A DNA stretch of 62,854 nt, the filler included, from Circinaria calcarea (Eukaryota), in the NCBI GenBank assembly GCA_051942165.1. It is 12 parts of 12 records of this genome, joined end to end, with 100 filler letters (N's around TTAATTAATTAA, not from the genome) between each part and the next. Parts side by side here need not be neighbours in the genome. Positions count along the whole stretch, not along the records: positions 36,755 to 41,897 come from JAVECS010002021.1; positions 41,998 to 47,139 come from JAVECS010002022.1; positions 47,240 to 52,380 come from JAVECS010002023.1; 9 more parts are not named here. One strand, written 5' to 3'. A model generated the notes under the pieces. It worked only from the letters and a program-made list of their open reading frames with translations, searched no databases and was not told where the DNA came from. Of this stretch, positions 38,846 through 51,634 are shown piece by piece; within the stretch, counting starts at the first letter, position 1, and each line of letters begins with the position of its first letter. The position numbers and the translations under genes were made by a program.

Positions 38846-40681
38846 TGGGGATGAGTTGTGTCCATCCTTCAACAGTCTTTGCGACCAAGCCAGGAAGGAC
38901 GGGCTCGCCATGTCACAAAATCTATTGCGGAATTGGGAAGGTCATCCCCGAGATTAGTCGGAGCCTGGTATACATGCAGGGTCCTCACCCCCGGAACCCG
39001 GCTTCAAGTACTGCAGGCAAACTCCATTATGGTAATCGACGCTGGTCTAGATGAAGCCTCAGGACGGCAGCTTCTGTCTTACGAGGTACGAGTTCAATAT
39101 TGGATGTCATCACTACTTGTTAGAAGTGGAACGCAGCACGTTCCAGACTCAAAATCCCTATTACTTTATCTGTCCTATCACATTTCAACGCGCCTTGACA
39201 CGAATCGGCAGATCTGCGACGTGCTTGTTCTCCTATATGACGTTCTTCGGTGCGCATAGGCTTGCCTTTTTCAGTTACCAGTCTTGCGTTGCCGCTTTGC
39301 TACTCTTTGATGATGTCTTCACCAATATCTTTTGTCTTTCCTATTGGCCCTGATATCAATGCCATCAAATTCCTACAAAGCTTCCGAAGTATACAAGAGC
39401 CTCAGAAGATATCCTCACGGCCCACATTCCGGATTCTAGAGAGCGTGGCAGGCTTTAAAATTGTGTATAACCCATAAGGGAGACTAATACTGCCAGTTAT
39501 TTTTACATCAACGTATATTAGGTCCCAGATCCTGCCGCGCCTTGAGTACAAGCAGTCAAACCATGGCTCGAGGAGGATGAGATGGAGCAAACCAGCAATT
39601 GAAGGCCGAAAGGAGGAAAGTTTAAATACACGAGTCAGAATCCAGTCGGAATATGGAGTATGTGGGATCGAATCCCAAGAACTATGAAAAACGATACCCT
39701 TGGATGCGACCGTTGCGGCTGGATGATCAATAACACCGGCGCTGTTGGTCAAGCCAGGATGGCCTGTATGATAAGGGGCTATCCGTATAAAATGTACTAG
39801 TGTATTACATGCCCCTTCTCGTTTAGTTTGGCTGCTTTCATAACTTACTCGGTAGAGTCCGTCAATCAGTCGGGGACGTCACCCTCCTGTCTTGAAACTC
39901 ATCCCGTATTTGCAAACATGGCATTCATTTACCTCAGGGCGGGAAGTGTAAAGGATGAAAGCAATCATATTCCACGAGAATGTATGATTTATAGAGATGA
40001 TGCGGAAAAGACGAAAGGTGGAAGTCAAATTGCATTATTACTATCGTCGATGACGGGTGAAGATCTGTCAGATCGGCCAAGCCTCACGCTAACAGGGACT
40101 GAAGCATGGGGCCCATGCAAGTGGTCCGTACACTTAATCTGCGTGCCGTGCTCGATCCTGGTCCTGAGCCGTTCACACCCGGACTAGTCAAACCTTACCT
40201 TGATCTTGGGGGGTTTTGGTAGCGTGGCTAGCTCCGATTCTACGCTGTTACTGTGACTCGGTATGGAGTCACGTTCATTAAGATGAGGGAACATGGGAGC
40301 TTTGGCTTGATCACACCCGACACAAGCAAGAGTGCAAACTCGAACCAATTGGAGCATCTCTCCGCTACCGGTGGCTTGCCCTGTTGACCAAGAAACTGAC
40401 CCATGCAGCTCAGACAGGGAATAATAATCCCAAGATACAGACCATGAAGGAAAAACTAATGAAAATATGAATTGGCTCAGGGCAATGCAGGCTGAAGGCT
40501 GGTGAACCTGCGCGTACAGTGGTACGCGTTTGGTGCTGTACGCGTTAAGGGGAGGCGATTAATTATCCTGCTTTCTGCGTCTTCTTTCTTCTCCTCTATA
40601 CGTTTTGTTCTAGTCTTTCAGTTAGCAGGATCTTCATATCCGCACACGATAGCTGTGGCACTGCAAGCTGACTCTGCAACC

Positions 40682-41897
40682 ATGGTTGGGACGAAAGTGG
40701 CCAATGCAATTCCACTTACCCCCAAATCAAACTTTCTTGAGCTTCTCGAGACAGAGTTGTCAGCAGATGGCTTACGGCACCTAATCACTAAGCGGATCTC
40801 CTTTGAAATCCCCGCGGACATGATCTCTTTACTGCTTCAACGCCCTCGACAATTCAAGAATCCGTCCATGCTCGGGACTAATTTTACCCAAACGAGGGAA
40901 TGTCAAGGTCAACATGAGGACAGATCTCAAACACAGTCAACGGCTAATCTTTATGATCAGTCAACTCCCCATATTTACTCTCTCCAGAACGAGCCCAAGC
41001 AATACTCTGTCAAGACCCACCACCGTGTACCCAAACTATCTTGAAGTCACACACAATTATCGACATCACAGATGACTCGCCCTCCTCAAAAGACAAGGCG
41101 ACAGGAGACAAGGACCATGAGATTCAGGTTTGTGTTGCAGAGACCATGGACCCAGATCTAGAAGGAAGCAGTGCGGCCTTGCCGTCTACCTCTCCATCGC
41201 CATCCAAATTGAAAGCTTCTAGAATATTACATCCAAAAGTATTATGCCCTCCAGAGCCTACACCGGTATCGGCCCCTGTCAAGGGCTGCCCGGCTTGTAA
41301 TCGAAAAAAAGCTCGAGCATTCGAATGGCAATGCTGTCGTATGGTATCTTGCGGGAGTTGTAGCTCCATTAGGGGCGTCCGAACACCGAACTCGAAATCA
41401 AAAGTATACAACCCACCGGAACGCTGCCCACATTGCGATCGAGCAAATCCAGAAATCGTACAGACTACGGAGACTTCGTTGATACCGACAGTTCTCCGGG
41501 AGCTAGATGGGTTGAGTAGTAAGCGGGTTACTTCAAGCCATATAATAGACATCCAAGAACCAAGCGTGGAGCATGTCCCACCCACGTCCAACATGTCGAA
41601 GAAGAAGCGTCGTCGTGAAACCAAGAATCAATTGCAAGGGCCAAAACCCAAGAAAATGCGCACAGAATCAAACTCAGAGCGTCAAGGATGCAAAGACTCA
41701 AATGCCCTGCCTCCAGGGGGACATTGGAACAACGTACGGACGCAAACCCGTCCTGTACAAAGCGAATACCGGGACGAAGATTCTTGGTGTCGTCACTGTC
41801 ACACTGTGGGCCACGTTATCTACAACTGCCCCGTGAACCCTCCTCAAAGGAGTACTAACCCGGGGAACAGAGGTCGCTGGAAGGGCCGCGGTAACAG
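40682..41897 (+). CDS. Hypothetical protein with a RING-like Cys cluster and a CCHC zinc knuckle (3' truncated)
   Basis: Probable intron 40908-40960; CPAC...CC..SCGSC...CPHC; KKKRRR NLS-like; CRHCHTVGHVIYNC (CX2CX4HX4C); RG-rich end. Confidence 0.6.
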
Positions 41898-42158
41898 NNN
41901 NNNNNNNNNNNNNNNNNNNNNNNNNNNNNNNNNNNNNNNNNTTAATTAATTAANNNNNNNNNNNNNNNNNNNNNNNNNNNNNNNNNNNNNNNNNNNNGTT
42001 GGTATGGTTTCCTGTCCGTTGCGCCTGTATTCTAAAGAGTTCCCTCGTGTATTGCTGTCCCCTGTCCCCTGTATCCTTCTTTCCTCCGTTTGAAAATTTA
42101 GCCTCTCTTCCTTCTTCTAACTTACTCCTGTCTTCCCCCTTCACCTTTCACTTTTCAC

Positions 42159-43151
42159 CTAAACCGTCATCTTGTGCTTCTGGCGCTGGTGGTCATGAAG
42201 CTTATCGAGGCGATAGAATGCCTTGTCTCCCTTTCGATTACAATCATTGATAGGGCAATCATGCTGGCGCGAAGAATGCTTTCCCATGTGACGGTCGCGA
42301 TCACGGATGCGGGTGAATGTTGTGGTGCAGCCTGTATGGGTGCATGTGAAACGGCCATTGGGGTTGATGGATGGGGTAGCTGCGACGACATTGGTAGGAC
42401 GAATGGCGACAGGCTGCCCGATGGAGGCTGTAATGTTGGAACAAGTGCCGGTAGTCGGAGTGGGTTCTGTTCCCACAGCAACATTCGCTGGTAGTGTGAG
42501 ATCATTGAAAGCAGTGAAATCATGATTGTCGTTCCAGAGGGGAAACTGGAAGGTGGCATCACGCTGCTCGGCGTAGTCCACTATGGTATCAACACTTGGG
42601 AGAACGGGGTGGTCAAAGACGTTAAAGTCGTTGTTGACCAGGGCGTTGACATGCTGAAGACCAGTATCGATATGCCCATTATGTGAATTCCCGACTGGGA
42701 ATCCAAAGTCGTTGAGGCCATTGTAATCATCTTGGGCAATAAGGTCATAGAACTGAGGACCGCTATCAGGCTGCCCATCAAACTCGGAATTAGTATTTAG
42801 CCAGTTGCTGCAGTCAAAAGGCTCAAGGCCGGTATCGGTTTGTGTATCGACAGTAGTAGTATTCGTAAAGGCGAAGTCGCCCAAGGAGTTCGAGATAGGA
42901 GAGGTGAGAATAGGATCGGGGAGCGTGCAGTCGTCTTGAGTATCCCCCAGGTAGCCGACGTCCAGGGCAGGAGATTGTAAAGCAGCATGGGTTTGCGAGC
43001 CGTTGGTATCAATGACCTCATCGTGCAGGAAGGTCCAGGATGGGAAAGCGGCAGAGGCGCACTCGATTGGAGGCTCATGTCCGTGGCACTGCTCCTTTCT
43101 TTTCGTGGAAGAGGCATACCCGCGTTAGCGTAAAAAAAAAACCTACGTCAT
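42159..43151 (-). CDS. C2H2 zinc-finger transcription factor (two C-terminal fingers)
   Basis: FTCTHTGCTTTFTRIRDRDRHMGKH and CPINDCNRKGDKAFYRLDKLHDHQRQKH; acidic N-terminal region; ATG at 43151 inferred through a short first intron. Confidence 0.85.
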
Positions 43152-43625
43152 GGTGGTCGGCGTAAGGTGAGCTTTTGGTTGGCTGAGGATACGAGTCAGG
43201 TGACGAAAAAGGGCGACAAATCAGACAACTGAGTCAAGAGCCTGCCTGTGAGAGAGCAGATGAGTTTCTGGAAGGAAGAGGAAGATGAGGGGGACTTGTC
43301 TACCCAAATATCCCGTCACAACCGCTTCGGCAAACCCAAGGGGCAAAGGGCGACCAATCAGCACTGAGTCTGATCGAGTCCTTTGCCAGCCTTACATATA
43401 GGGGGCATCCAACCTCCATCTCGCATTATCACTTCCTTCTCTACATAAATGTCCAGAGTGAATCTGCAAGATGGGCGCAACAAGTTATTATTATGGGAGA
43501 CTATTGCCGCAGGACTATTGAGTAAGAAATGAGCTGCGTAACGCGATTGGTGTACATTTCCTCCATTAGTACTAGAAATATCTAGGACATCTTCAGTATA
43601 TTACAAGCACTCTTTCTCGCTCAAG

Positions 43626-46399
43626 ATGATCCTTCATTTCCCTCAAGCCGATGCGGCCCGATCAAGAGATGAGAATCCCACTCCAAACAGTGAGCTGAGA
43701 CGCCAATTGGAGGCTCGATTGAAAGGTCTTATCCCGTGTGAGTTCTGTTCTGATAAATTTACAACGCGTGGCAGGTATCAGTATGTTGTCCAAATGCCAT
43801 AAAGAAAATCCCTTAGTCTAATAATATCGGATACAGCCGCCATCGTAAAACCCATTCTAAGCCCTACGTTTGCGATACTTGCAACCGCGGATTCGCCCTC
43901 AGGAATGACCTTACTCGGCATGTCGCCATCCACGGAAGGATTGCTCCGAGATTTATGTGCAAGTGGCCTAATTGTACATTCAAAGGAACCCCACGGAAAG
44001 ATAACCTACAGAAGCATATGTCCAAGACTCATAGAAACAAAACCCCCGAAGGACAACAAACATTGCAAGATGAATTTCAGACCTTGTACATAGAGTCGTT
44101 AGAGGAGCAGAAAAGATCAATGGGTATCATAAGCTTTCTAACAGCGGTTCACAAAGGGAATATATCAGTGGTAAAGCTGTTGCTGGAGAATGGCGCGGAT
44201 ATCGCCACCAAAACCGATACTGGAAAAACTGCCCTACATATTGCGGCGAAGAATGGCAGCGAGGACTTGGTAAGGCTACTACTTGACGCTGGGGCTAACA
44301 GTAGCGAGAAAGACCATGATGGTGGCCTGGCGCTCCATGACGCGGTATTGTCTGGGCACGAAGCTATTGTACGGATTTTTCTGGAATCAGGAGTGAGCCC
44401 GATGGAAAGGAATAGCGATCATGACACTCCCATGCATTGTGCATGTAGCTCTGGGCACGAGACGGTAGTGTTGTTACTACTAGAGAAAGGCGCCGATATT
44501 GAAGCAAAAGATTGGCGTACAAGGACTGCGCTACACCGGGCTGCTGCTATGGGACATGAGGCGACGGTCCAGCTGATGTTGGAGAAAGGTGCTCAGATTG
44601 AAGCGATAGATTGTACCAGACGGACCACTCTTCACCAGGCCGCTGCTAAAGGGCAAGAGAGCATTGTCTGGCTATTATTAGAAAAAGGTGCTGACATTGA
44701 AGCGAAAGATCGGAATACACAGACCCCGCTCCAACGAGCTGCTGCTATGGGACATGAGGCGATAGTCCAAATGCTGTTAGAGAAAGGTGCTCAGATTGAA
44801 GCGAAAAATTGGAATAGACGCACCCCCCTCCATCGGGCTGCTGATAAAGGGCACGAAGCCGTGGTACGGCTGCTGTTGGAAAAGGGAGCCGACATTGAAG
44901 CGAAAGATATGTATGTAGAGACCCCGCTCCTTCGGGCTGCTGCTATGGGACATGAGGCGATAGTCCAAATGCTGTTAGAAAAGGGAGCCGACATTGAAGC
45001 GAAAAATTGGAATAGACGCACCCCCCTCCACCGGGCTGCTGATGAAGGGTGCGAAGCCGTGGTACGGCTGCTGTTGGAAAAGGGAGCCAACATTGAAGCG
45101 AAAGACCGCAATGAAATGATAGCATTGAACATCGCTATCGATGCAGGGTATGCGGCGATAGTACGCCTACTTATGGGAAAGGGAGCGGATACTGAAGTTA
45201 AAAACTCGAACGGGGAGACGGCACTGATTGTGTGGGTCAAAAATAACAACTTAGCGATGATACGTTTATTGCTGGAGGAAGGAGCAGATAGGGAGGCGAA
45301 AGATCGAAATGGAGACACATCACTGATTATTGCTGTTAGGAATAACAACTTGGCGATGATATCATGTGTCCTGGAGAAAGGAGCCAATATTGAAGCGAAT
45401 GATCGGTATGGAGACAGAGCACTGATTATTGCGGTCAGGCACAAGGATCTGGCAGTGATACAGCTGTTATTGGAGAAAGGGGCAAACACGGAGGCGAAAG
45501 ATAGATACGGAGAGACTGCGCTTATTTTTGCGATCAGGGAGTCTAGTGGAGCGACGGTGCAGTTGCTACTGGACAAAGGAGCAGATATGGAGGCGAGGGA
45601 TGAAAAGGGAAATACTGCACTCATTTTTGCGGTCCGGGAGAATAACTTAGCGGTGATACGGTTGTTGTTGGAGGCAGGAGTGAACATTGAGGCAAGAGAT
45701 AAAGATGAAGAGACTGCGCTCATTTGGGCAGTCAAGCAGAAAAATACAGCGGAGGCATGGCCATCGCTGAAGCTACTGCTGGAGAAAGGGGCAAACGTTG
45801 AGGTAAAAAATAAAAGTGGAGACAACGCTCTGATCATAGCTGTCGAGTACAACAATACTCTGGCAGTAGAGCTACTGCTCGAAAAGGGGACCGATGCTAA
45901 TGCGGAGAGTCCGGGGGGTGGTGGCACTGCGCTGCAGGTAGCTTCATTAAAGGGGCATCATGTTATTGTGGAGATACTTGCGAATAATGGGGCCGACGTC
46001 AACGTGCAGGGAGGGTTCTATGGCACAGCGCTGCAGGCAGCTTCATGGAAAGGTCAGGTAACAGTCATCGAGTTACTTCTGGCCAGTGGAGCCGACATCA
46101 ACGCGCAAGCGGGATCATATGGCACGGCGCTACAAGCAGGTTCATCTCAAGGGCATGAAACTACTGTTGAGTTACTTCTGGCCAATGGAGCCGACAGCAA
46201 CTTGCAAGGAGGGTACTACGGTACAGCGCTGCATGCTGCTTCATCGGGCGGGCATAACAGGATTGTTGAGTTACTCCTGGCCAATGGAGCCGACGTCAAC
46301 TCGCAAGGCGGGTATTATGGCACAGCGCTGCAGGCAGCTATTCGTGAAGGGCCTACCACGACTGCCAAGCTTTTAAGGGACGCTGGAGCTGTCTATTAA
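43626..46399 (+). CDS. Three C2H2 zinc fingers fused to a long (over 20 unit) ankyrin-repeat array
   Basis: CEFC...HRKTH, CDTCNRGFALRNDLTRHVAIH and CKWPNC...LQKHMSKTH; intron 43781-43836; continuous 33-aa ankyrin repeats up to the stop. Confidence 0.92.
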
Positions 46400-49300
46400 A
46401 CTTACAAAGCTATTAGCTACCCCCTTACCACTTCAAGACTCACACCTCAAGTTACGCCATCCCCTTGAAGATCGCAGATCGATACTCCGAACCATAAACC
46501 TCTCCACTCTGAGGCAATAACGGAGTCTTTGGCATGGCGGGACGACCGTAGTTTACGCCTTTTTTAACCGGCCTTCACCTCCAGTCCTTCAGTTTTCAGA
46601 CTCTTCTCAACACCCTTAAACTCGCAACTGCAGCACTTGCATCTCTGTCGTCTTTACGACTTGTCACTTACGACTTACCCGAGGTAACAATCTCCTTGAC
46701 TATGTTTTTTCGGGGGAAGTCCCGACCACGAAGTAATGGACCTGTCACGCTCACATCTTCAGGGGCGTAATAAGAATTTCCAGCATTCGATATCTCCAGG
46801 AATAGGGGGGAAGGGGGGAAGGCTAGCAAATCCGGGTTCTTAGCGATGTGAGATGGTTCCACTTGCAGAGGGAATGGAGTCAAGCAATTCCGGCAAAGGT
46901 AAGGAAGTAAGGTAGAGGGGAATGGACACGGATTTCATCTATGGGAATGGGGTCGTCGGTCTGTACACTGCATTCAGTTCCTTATCATTCTTGAACCAGA
47001 TGCTAAGATCCAACATACTTCCTTTGCTTTGTTACAGCTCAGTGATATCACTATGAGCTTCCTAAAAGGGTATCAACCACCCGCAGATGGCTATATCATA
47101 CCATCCCAACCCCCCAGAACCCTTCTCGCCCCTTTCCCCNNNNNNNNNNNNNNNNNNNNNNNNNNNNNNNNNNNNNNNNNNNNTTAATTAATTAANNNNN
47201 NNNNNNNNNNNNNNNNNNNNNNNNNNNNNNNNNNNNNNNCAACGCCTTGGAAGATGCTCGAGCATCCCTGGATGGTGGAGATGAAGAGCAAGAAAGTCAA
47301 CATGGAGCGTTTCCTTCAGCAAGTCTGGGACTGGAAGGACTGAAATGTTTTCGCTTTTGTTCACGCACCCTCGTCACATCCGACTTCTGATCAAGCGCCG
47401 CCCCGTCATGTTACCCAGGAAAAGGACGAACCGGCGTAAGGGTTTGTTTTGATTTGGATATAATATTGAAGGTCTCCAAAGGATGTAATGGGTTTGCAGT
47501 GTATGCATTATAATCGCGGCTGCGGGCGAAAATCTTTCTTTCCCTTTTTTCTCTCTCTGGAAGTGAGAGAAATAGCTGAATGTGAATGGCAAACTGCAGG
47601 ATTAGGATAGCCATGATCTTTAAACATTCCCCAAACCCCATTTCCATTAACCATTCACGCACCATGGTGCATTATGTCCTCGATACTTTTCTTCTTGCGC
47701 CTTTTTGGTCCCCTGATCGACCGCGGGGGGGGGTTAGTTTGGGGCACTTTCGAGGGTTCATCCAGCTGTGTAGCCAAGTCCCAGCGAAAACTTCCAGCGA
47801 AAACTTTCAGCGAACTTGTTCACACTATTACCCTCCTCATTCGCCCAACTCCCCAAGTTCGATCCCCCTCATTCTCTTCCCTTCAATTTCTGTACCTTTG
47901 ATTGCTTCCCGTCTCTAATCCTGCAAGTACCTCTATCCTTCGACTCTGCGAGCCTCGAGCCCTGCGAAAAGGCGGAAAGAAACGAGGGAAACGAAGGAAT
48001 TTCCGTGGCGGTTGGGTGGGGGCCAAAGGGGTTTTTTGGTGGGAAAACATGGTCTGTTCGGGAAAGGAACGGATTCTAAGAAGGAAAAGGATCGGTATAT
48101 ATACGTCGTACGTGCCTGCTGTTCGGTTTTACTCTTACTGTTCGTTTCACCCATTCACCCTCGGCTCCGCTCACGAGTGTGGAAAGAATTTCGGCGGGTT
48201 GGGAATGGCGGAGTAGTGGCTTGAGGGTTGAGGGGGGTTTAAAGGTAGGGGGATGGTGGGTGGAATATTGTATTTTCTAAGTGGGGTCAGCAATCCTGGA
48301 AACTCCTGCGCTTTTTTCGGTCTTGTGGGTAACGCGACCGGCTTCTGGCGTGTATTCCGGATGATAGTAAACGGTGATGCGTGAATGGCCCGAGGGGGGG
48401 GGTTGGCATGGCGGTTATAATGTTCCGGGAAAAGGAAAGAAAAACGCGAAAGCAGGAGAGATTTGAGCGGACGTTGGGCAGGGATACCCGTGGAATTTGT
48501 TTTGGGTGGGTTTTATGTGACGGAGAGACCGACTATTTGGATGTGGAGTTCGAGTGGAAAGGTTGGGGTGGAGAGGTGGGTTTTCGATGGAAAAGGAAAT
48601 GGGAACATGGTGCTGGGGGAGAAATGCTTCGAAATAAGGGCATTACTGATCTGAGAGGTACCACAATGGTAGTGAATGGTAGATGAAAAGTAGTACTTCC
48701 GCTATCATCAGCCATACACTTTTTAGACTTTTAAATCTTTTAGTTATTTGCAAGGTAGAGAGATTGATCATATTCGAACAGCCTATTCTTTTCACCCAGT
48801 AACATGTATTTATTATTGCTCCTCACATCAAAAACCCCTTGGTACTAATTTACACTCCAGCAGTATTCCGATGTACTTAATTCGATATGAAGATGCCATT
48901 GAGGGCATCTGCCGACAATGAGCGGTAATTCCCGGATGAATCTGCCAAGGTCACGTGGTCGCCTCAGACCGTCACTCCGTCGGAAGCACAGGATGTAACG
49001 TCGTTATGAACTTTGATAGGACGTCATACCTTCCAGGATAAGCTGCGAGTGATGCGATCGGCTTTTTCATCCATTGCTCTTTGCTTACTCTCCTCGCACT
49101 GCCATCCTACAGGAAGAGTGTAATGTCTTATTTGCTCATCCGCAATGCAGCATTTGTCGTTTGGCTCCGTGATATCTGACCTATCCGCTGACCATGACCA
49201 CCCGATTACCTATCCAAAGCTCGGCTCAACGCGCAAGCTTAGGGTTGAAGCGAAAGTAGCATCGGGTCCGATCGGGCAGTTGCATTCATCTCCTAGAAGT

Positions 49301-49500
49301 TATTCATTCCCTTAATATAATGCTTATGTTACGTATCACCAGTTCCCTCATCCATTCCAGCGTTGAAAACTTTCACTGCTACAGCTACCAGAAGCGCTTT
49401 CCCCACCAGTCTTAATTGTAAACCCGAAAGTGTAGAGCCCTCGTTTACAGTTACATACGATTGAAAGGCAATCACGGCCCAGAAGGTCTTCGTGGCGACC

Positions 49501-50235
49501 ATGCAACACATCCCCCCAACCTCTCTTCCCTCTCTACCGCCCCGTCTCTCATACACTCTCTCTTTCCTCGACTTCTGCCCCGATATCGATGGTCCGGCCA
49601 TTAACGCCTCCGCTTCCCTCCTCGGCCCTCTCATGCCCACCGTCCTTGATCTCGTCTACACAAAACTCCTCTCGTACGACATCACGGCCAAGGCATTCGT
49701 CCCTCCGCTCGAGCCCGCCGAGAGCACACCGTCGAAACCGCAAACGCCGCAGGAATTGCACCTCAACCACGCGCACATCCTCCGACAGAAAACATTCTTG
49801 AAAGCCTACCTCTTGCGGATCGCCAAGAACGAAGACTGGTCGCCGCAATCACCATTATGGGGGTATATGGATCGAGTCGCTGTTGCCCACACCGGGGTGC
49901 ATCGGGAGAAAAAACCCGACTTACGGGTCGAGTTCATGCACCTGGCGTTGCTCTTGGGATTCGTCGAGGATGTGCTTTTGGGCGCCGTGATGGGTGCGGA
50001 GCAGTTGGATGCCGAGACGAAAAGCAAGGTTCTTCGGGCATGGAATAAGGTCTTGTGGGTGCAGAATGATCTATTCGCGAGGCATTATGTCGTGGATAGG
50101 GAAACGGGGGAGCGTCCGGCGGGGATGGAGGTCACAAAGGACAGCAGCCAGAAGCTCAAGGCTTGGGGGATACAGGTGTTGGTTACGCTACTTGTTGTTG
50201 TTCTGGTCGTGAGGGTGTTGGGGTATCTTGGGTAA
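49501..50235 (+). CDS. Fungoglobin / protoglobin-domain protein with a C-terminal TM segment
   Basis: RLSYTLSFLDF, VYTKLLSYDITAKAF, YMDRVAVAHTG (proximal His), LRVEFMH and AWNKVLWVQNDLFARHY; hydrophobic tail. Confidence 0.88.
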   Translation: MQHIPPTSLPSLPPRLSYTLSFLDFCPDIDGPAINASASLLGPLMPTVLDLVYTKLLSYDITAKAFVPPLEPAESTPSKPQTPQELHLNHAHILRQKTFLKAYLLRIAKNEDWSPQSPLWGYMDRVAVAHTGVHREKKPDLRVEFMHLALLLGFVEDVLLGAVMGAEQLDAETKSKVLRAWNKVLWVQNDLFARHYVVDRETGERPAGMEVTKDSSQKLKAWGIQVLVTLLVVVLVVRVLGYLG

Positions 50236-50721
50236 CAAGGTACGACTATACGATCATATTCGACGTACAACGGTATGTGCATGACGGCAGTTGCATGAGC
50301 AAAATGGGAAATGCTGACTCGAGTTCATCTAGATAAGAGATGACAATCATAATTTGATTTACTAACATCAGTCCATCTATCTCGAACCTGGAGTTTTTGT
50401 CATGCCACTCAATAAAAAAAAAAGAGTTACCGATAATCTTAGCTCTTTGTTCTTTTGGTCTTCCCTTGCGTTGAGGCTTTGAGATAAAACCTTGAACATG
50501 ACCTTTGCTTTTGACAAAGCATCATCCTACAATGACAAGCGCCTTGTTGTCCTTTTGTCACTTTCATAATTGCATTTAAATGCCCTATAATCCTTAGATT
50601 TCGCATCCTTATAGCCTTGACCGTTTAAACTTACCACCGATTTCTTGGAGCCCATCTACACGTACCGGCAGCATTAGTACCGACCAACCAACCGGCATAA
50701 CCCTGTTGCACACATCCCAAC

Positions 50722-51222
50722 ATGTCCGTAGATGACCCCTTTTCCACCTCTCCCGCAAAGTCCTACATGCAGAGACGGCAAGGCCTCGGCTTCTGCACTC
50801 CCACGCTCCACTTTCTCACCTGCGGCCACGCCAAACGGACCGCCAACTCCCCCTGCGGCAGCACCTGCCAGTTCCCCCAATTCGCCGAGAAGCGGGCGAA
50901 CCCGCTACGCTGCAACAGCTGCGTCCAGCACCGGGACGAAGAGTACCTGCTCGCGCAGTTGGACGAAAACGAGCAGCTGTGGCGGCGCTACGCTGTGCTC
51001 CAAGGACAGCATTTCTAGGACTAGGCTATGGAACTAGAGGAGATAGAGGACCTGATCTATGAGAAAGAGGGCCGACAAGTGGGACGGAGATATATTTCTG
51101 TCGTTCGGGTTATGGGCACCAGGGGAAACTGGCAGGTTAAAAGGAGAATCGATGGTGAAGAACCCCCTTTTCAATTCTTACACTGCAAAAGAGACTCCAG
51201 CTACCCAGCTACCCCCCCCTAA
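50722..51222 (+). CDS. Cys/His (CGH-type) putative zinc-binding protein, paralog A, with two in-frame UAG codons
   Basis: Shares GFCTPTLHFLTCGH..C..C..PLRCxxC with 51635-52363. TAG at 51016 and 51022; homology continues in frame (ELEEIEDLI) to TAA at 51222. Confidence 0.65.
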
Positions 51223-51634
51223 TAACCCAGCACAATACCAAACCCAAACCCGAAACTCCAACCTGAGAAAGGAAAACGCGTGAAGGGAGAAAGGAAAAAA
51301 AAGAAAAACATTTGTAGTGGAGGAAAGTATTTTATTTACTTATTCATTCAATTATGCGACTGAGAACCCTTGTGGCCCGATGGAGCGGGTGGTGGCTTTA
51401 TACGAGTGAAAAAAAACTTTACCTACCCCTACGGAGTGAAAAAAAAGAAAAATCTCCGCGTATCTATTCTACTCCGTTTCCACGCTGTGGATCTGCCGTC
51501 CATCGCTGTTTCGAACCAAACTAAAGCGCCCCGGCCCTCTCAACCTCTCTTTAATAAATTCGAATAAAATTCGAGTTTTTGATATATTATATTTTCTATA
51601 ATATTATTAAATCTCGAGCTTTATTTTTCCCTTC

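Noticed and set aside
44791..45927. 378-aa antisense ORF inside the ankyrin gene, and similar shadow ORFs at 7558-8184, 9267-9836 and 51775-52354
   Set aside because: Explained by codon bias, repeats or high GC on the coding strand; no independent motifs.
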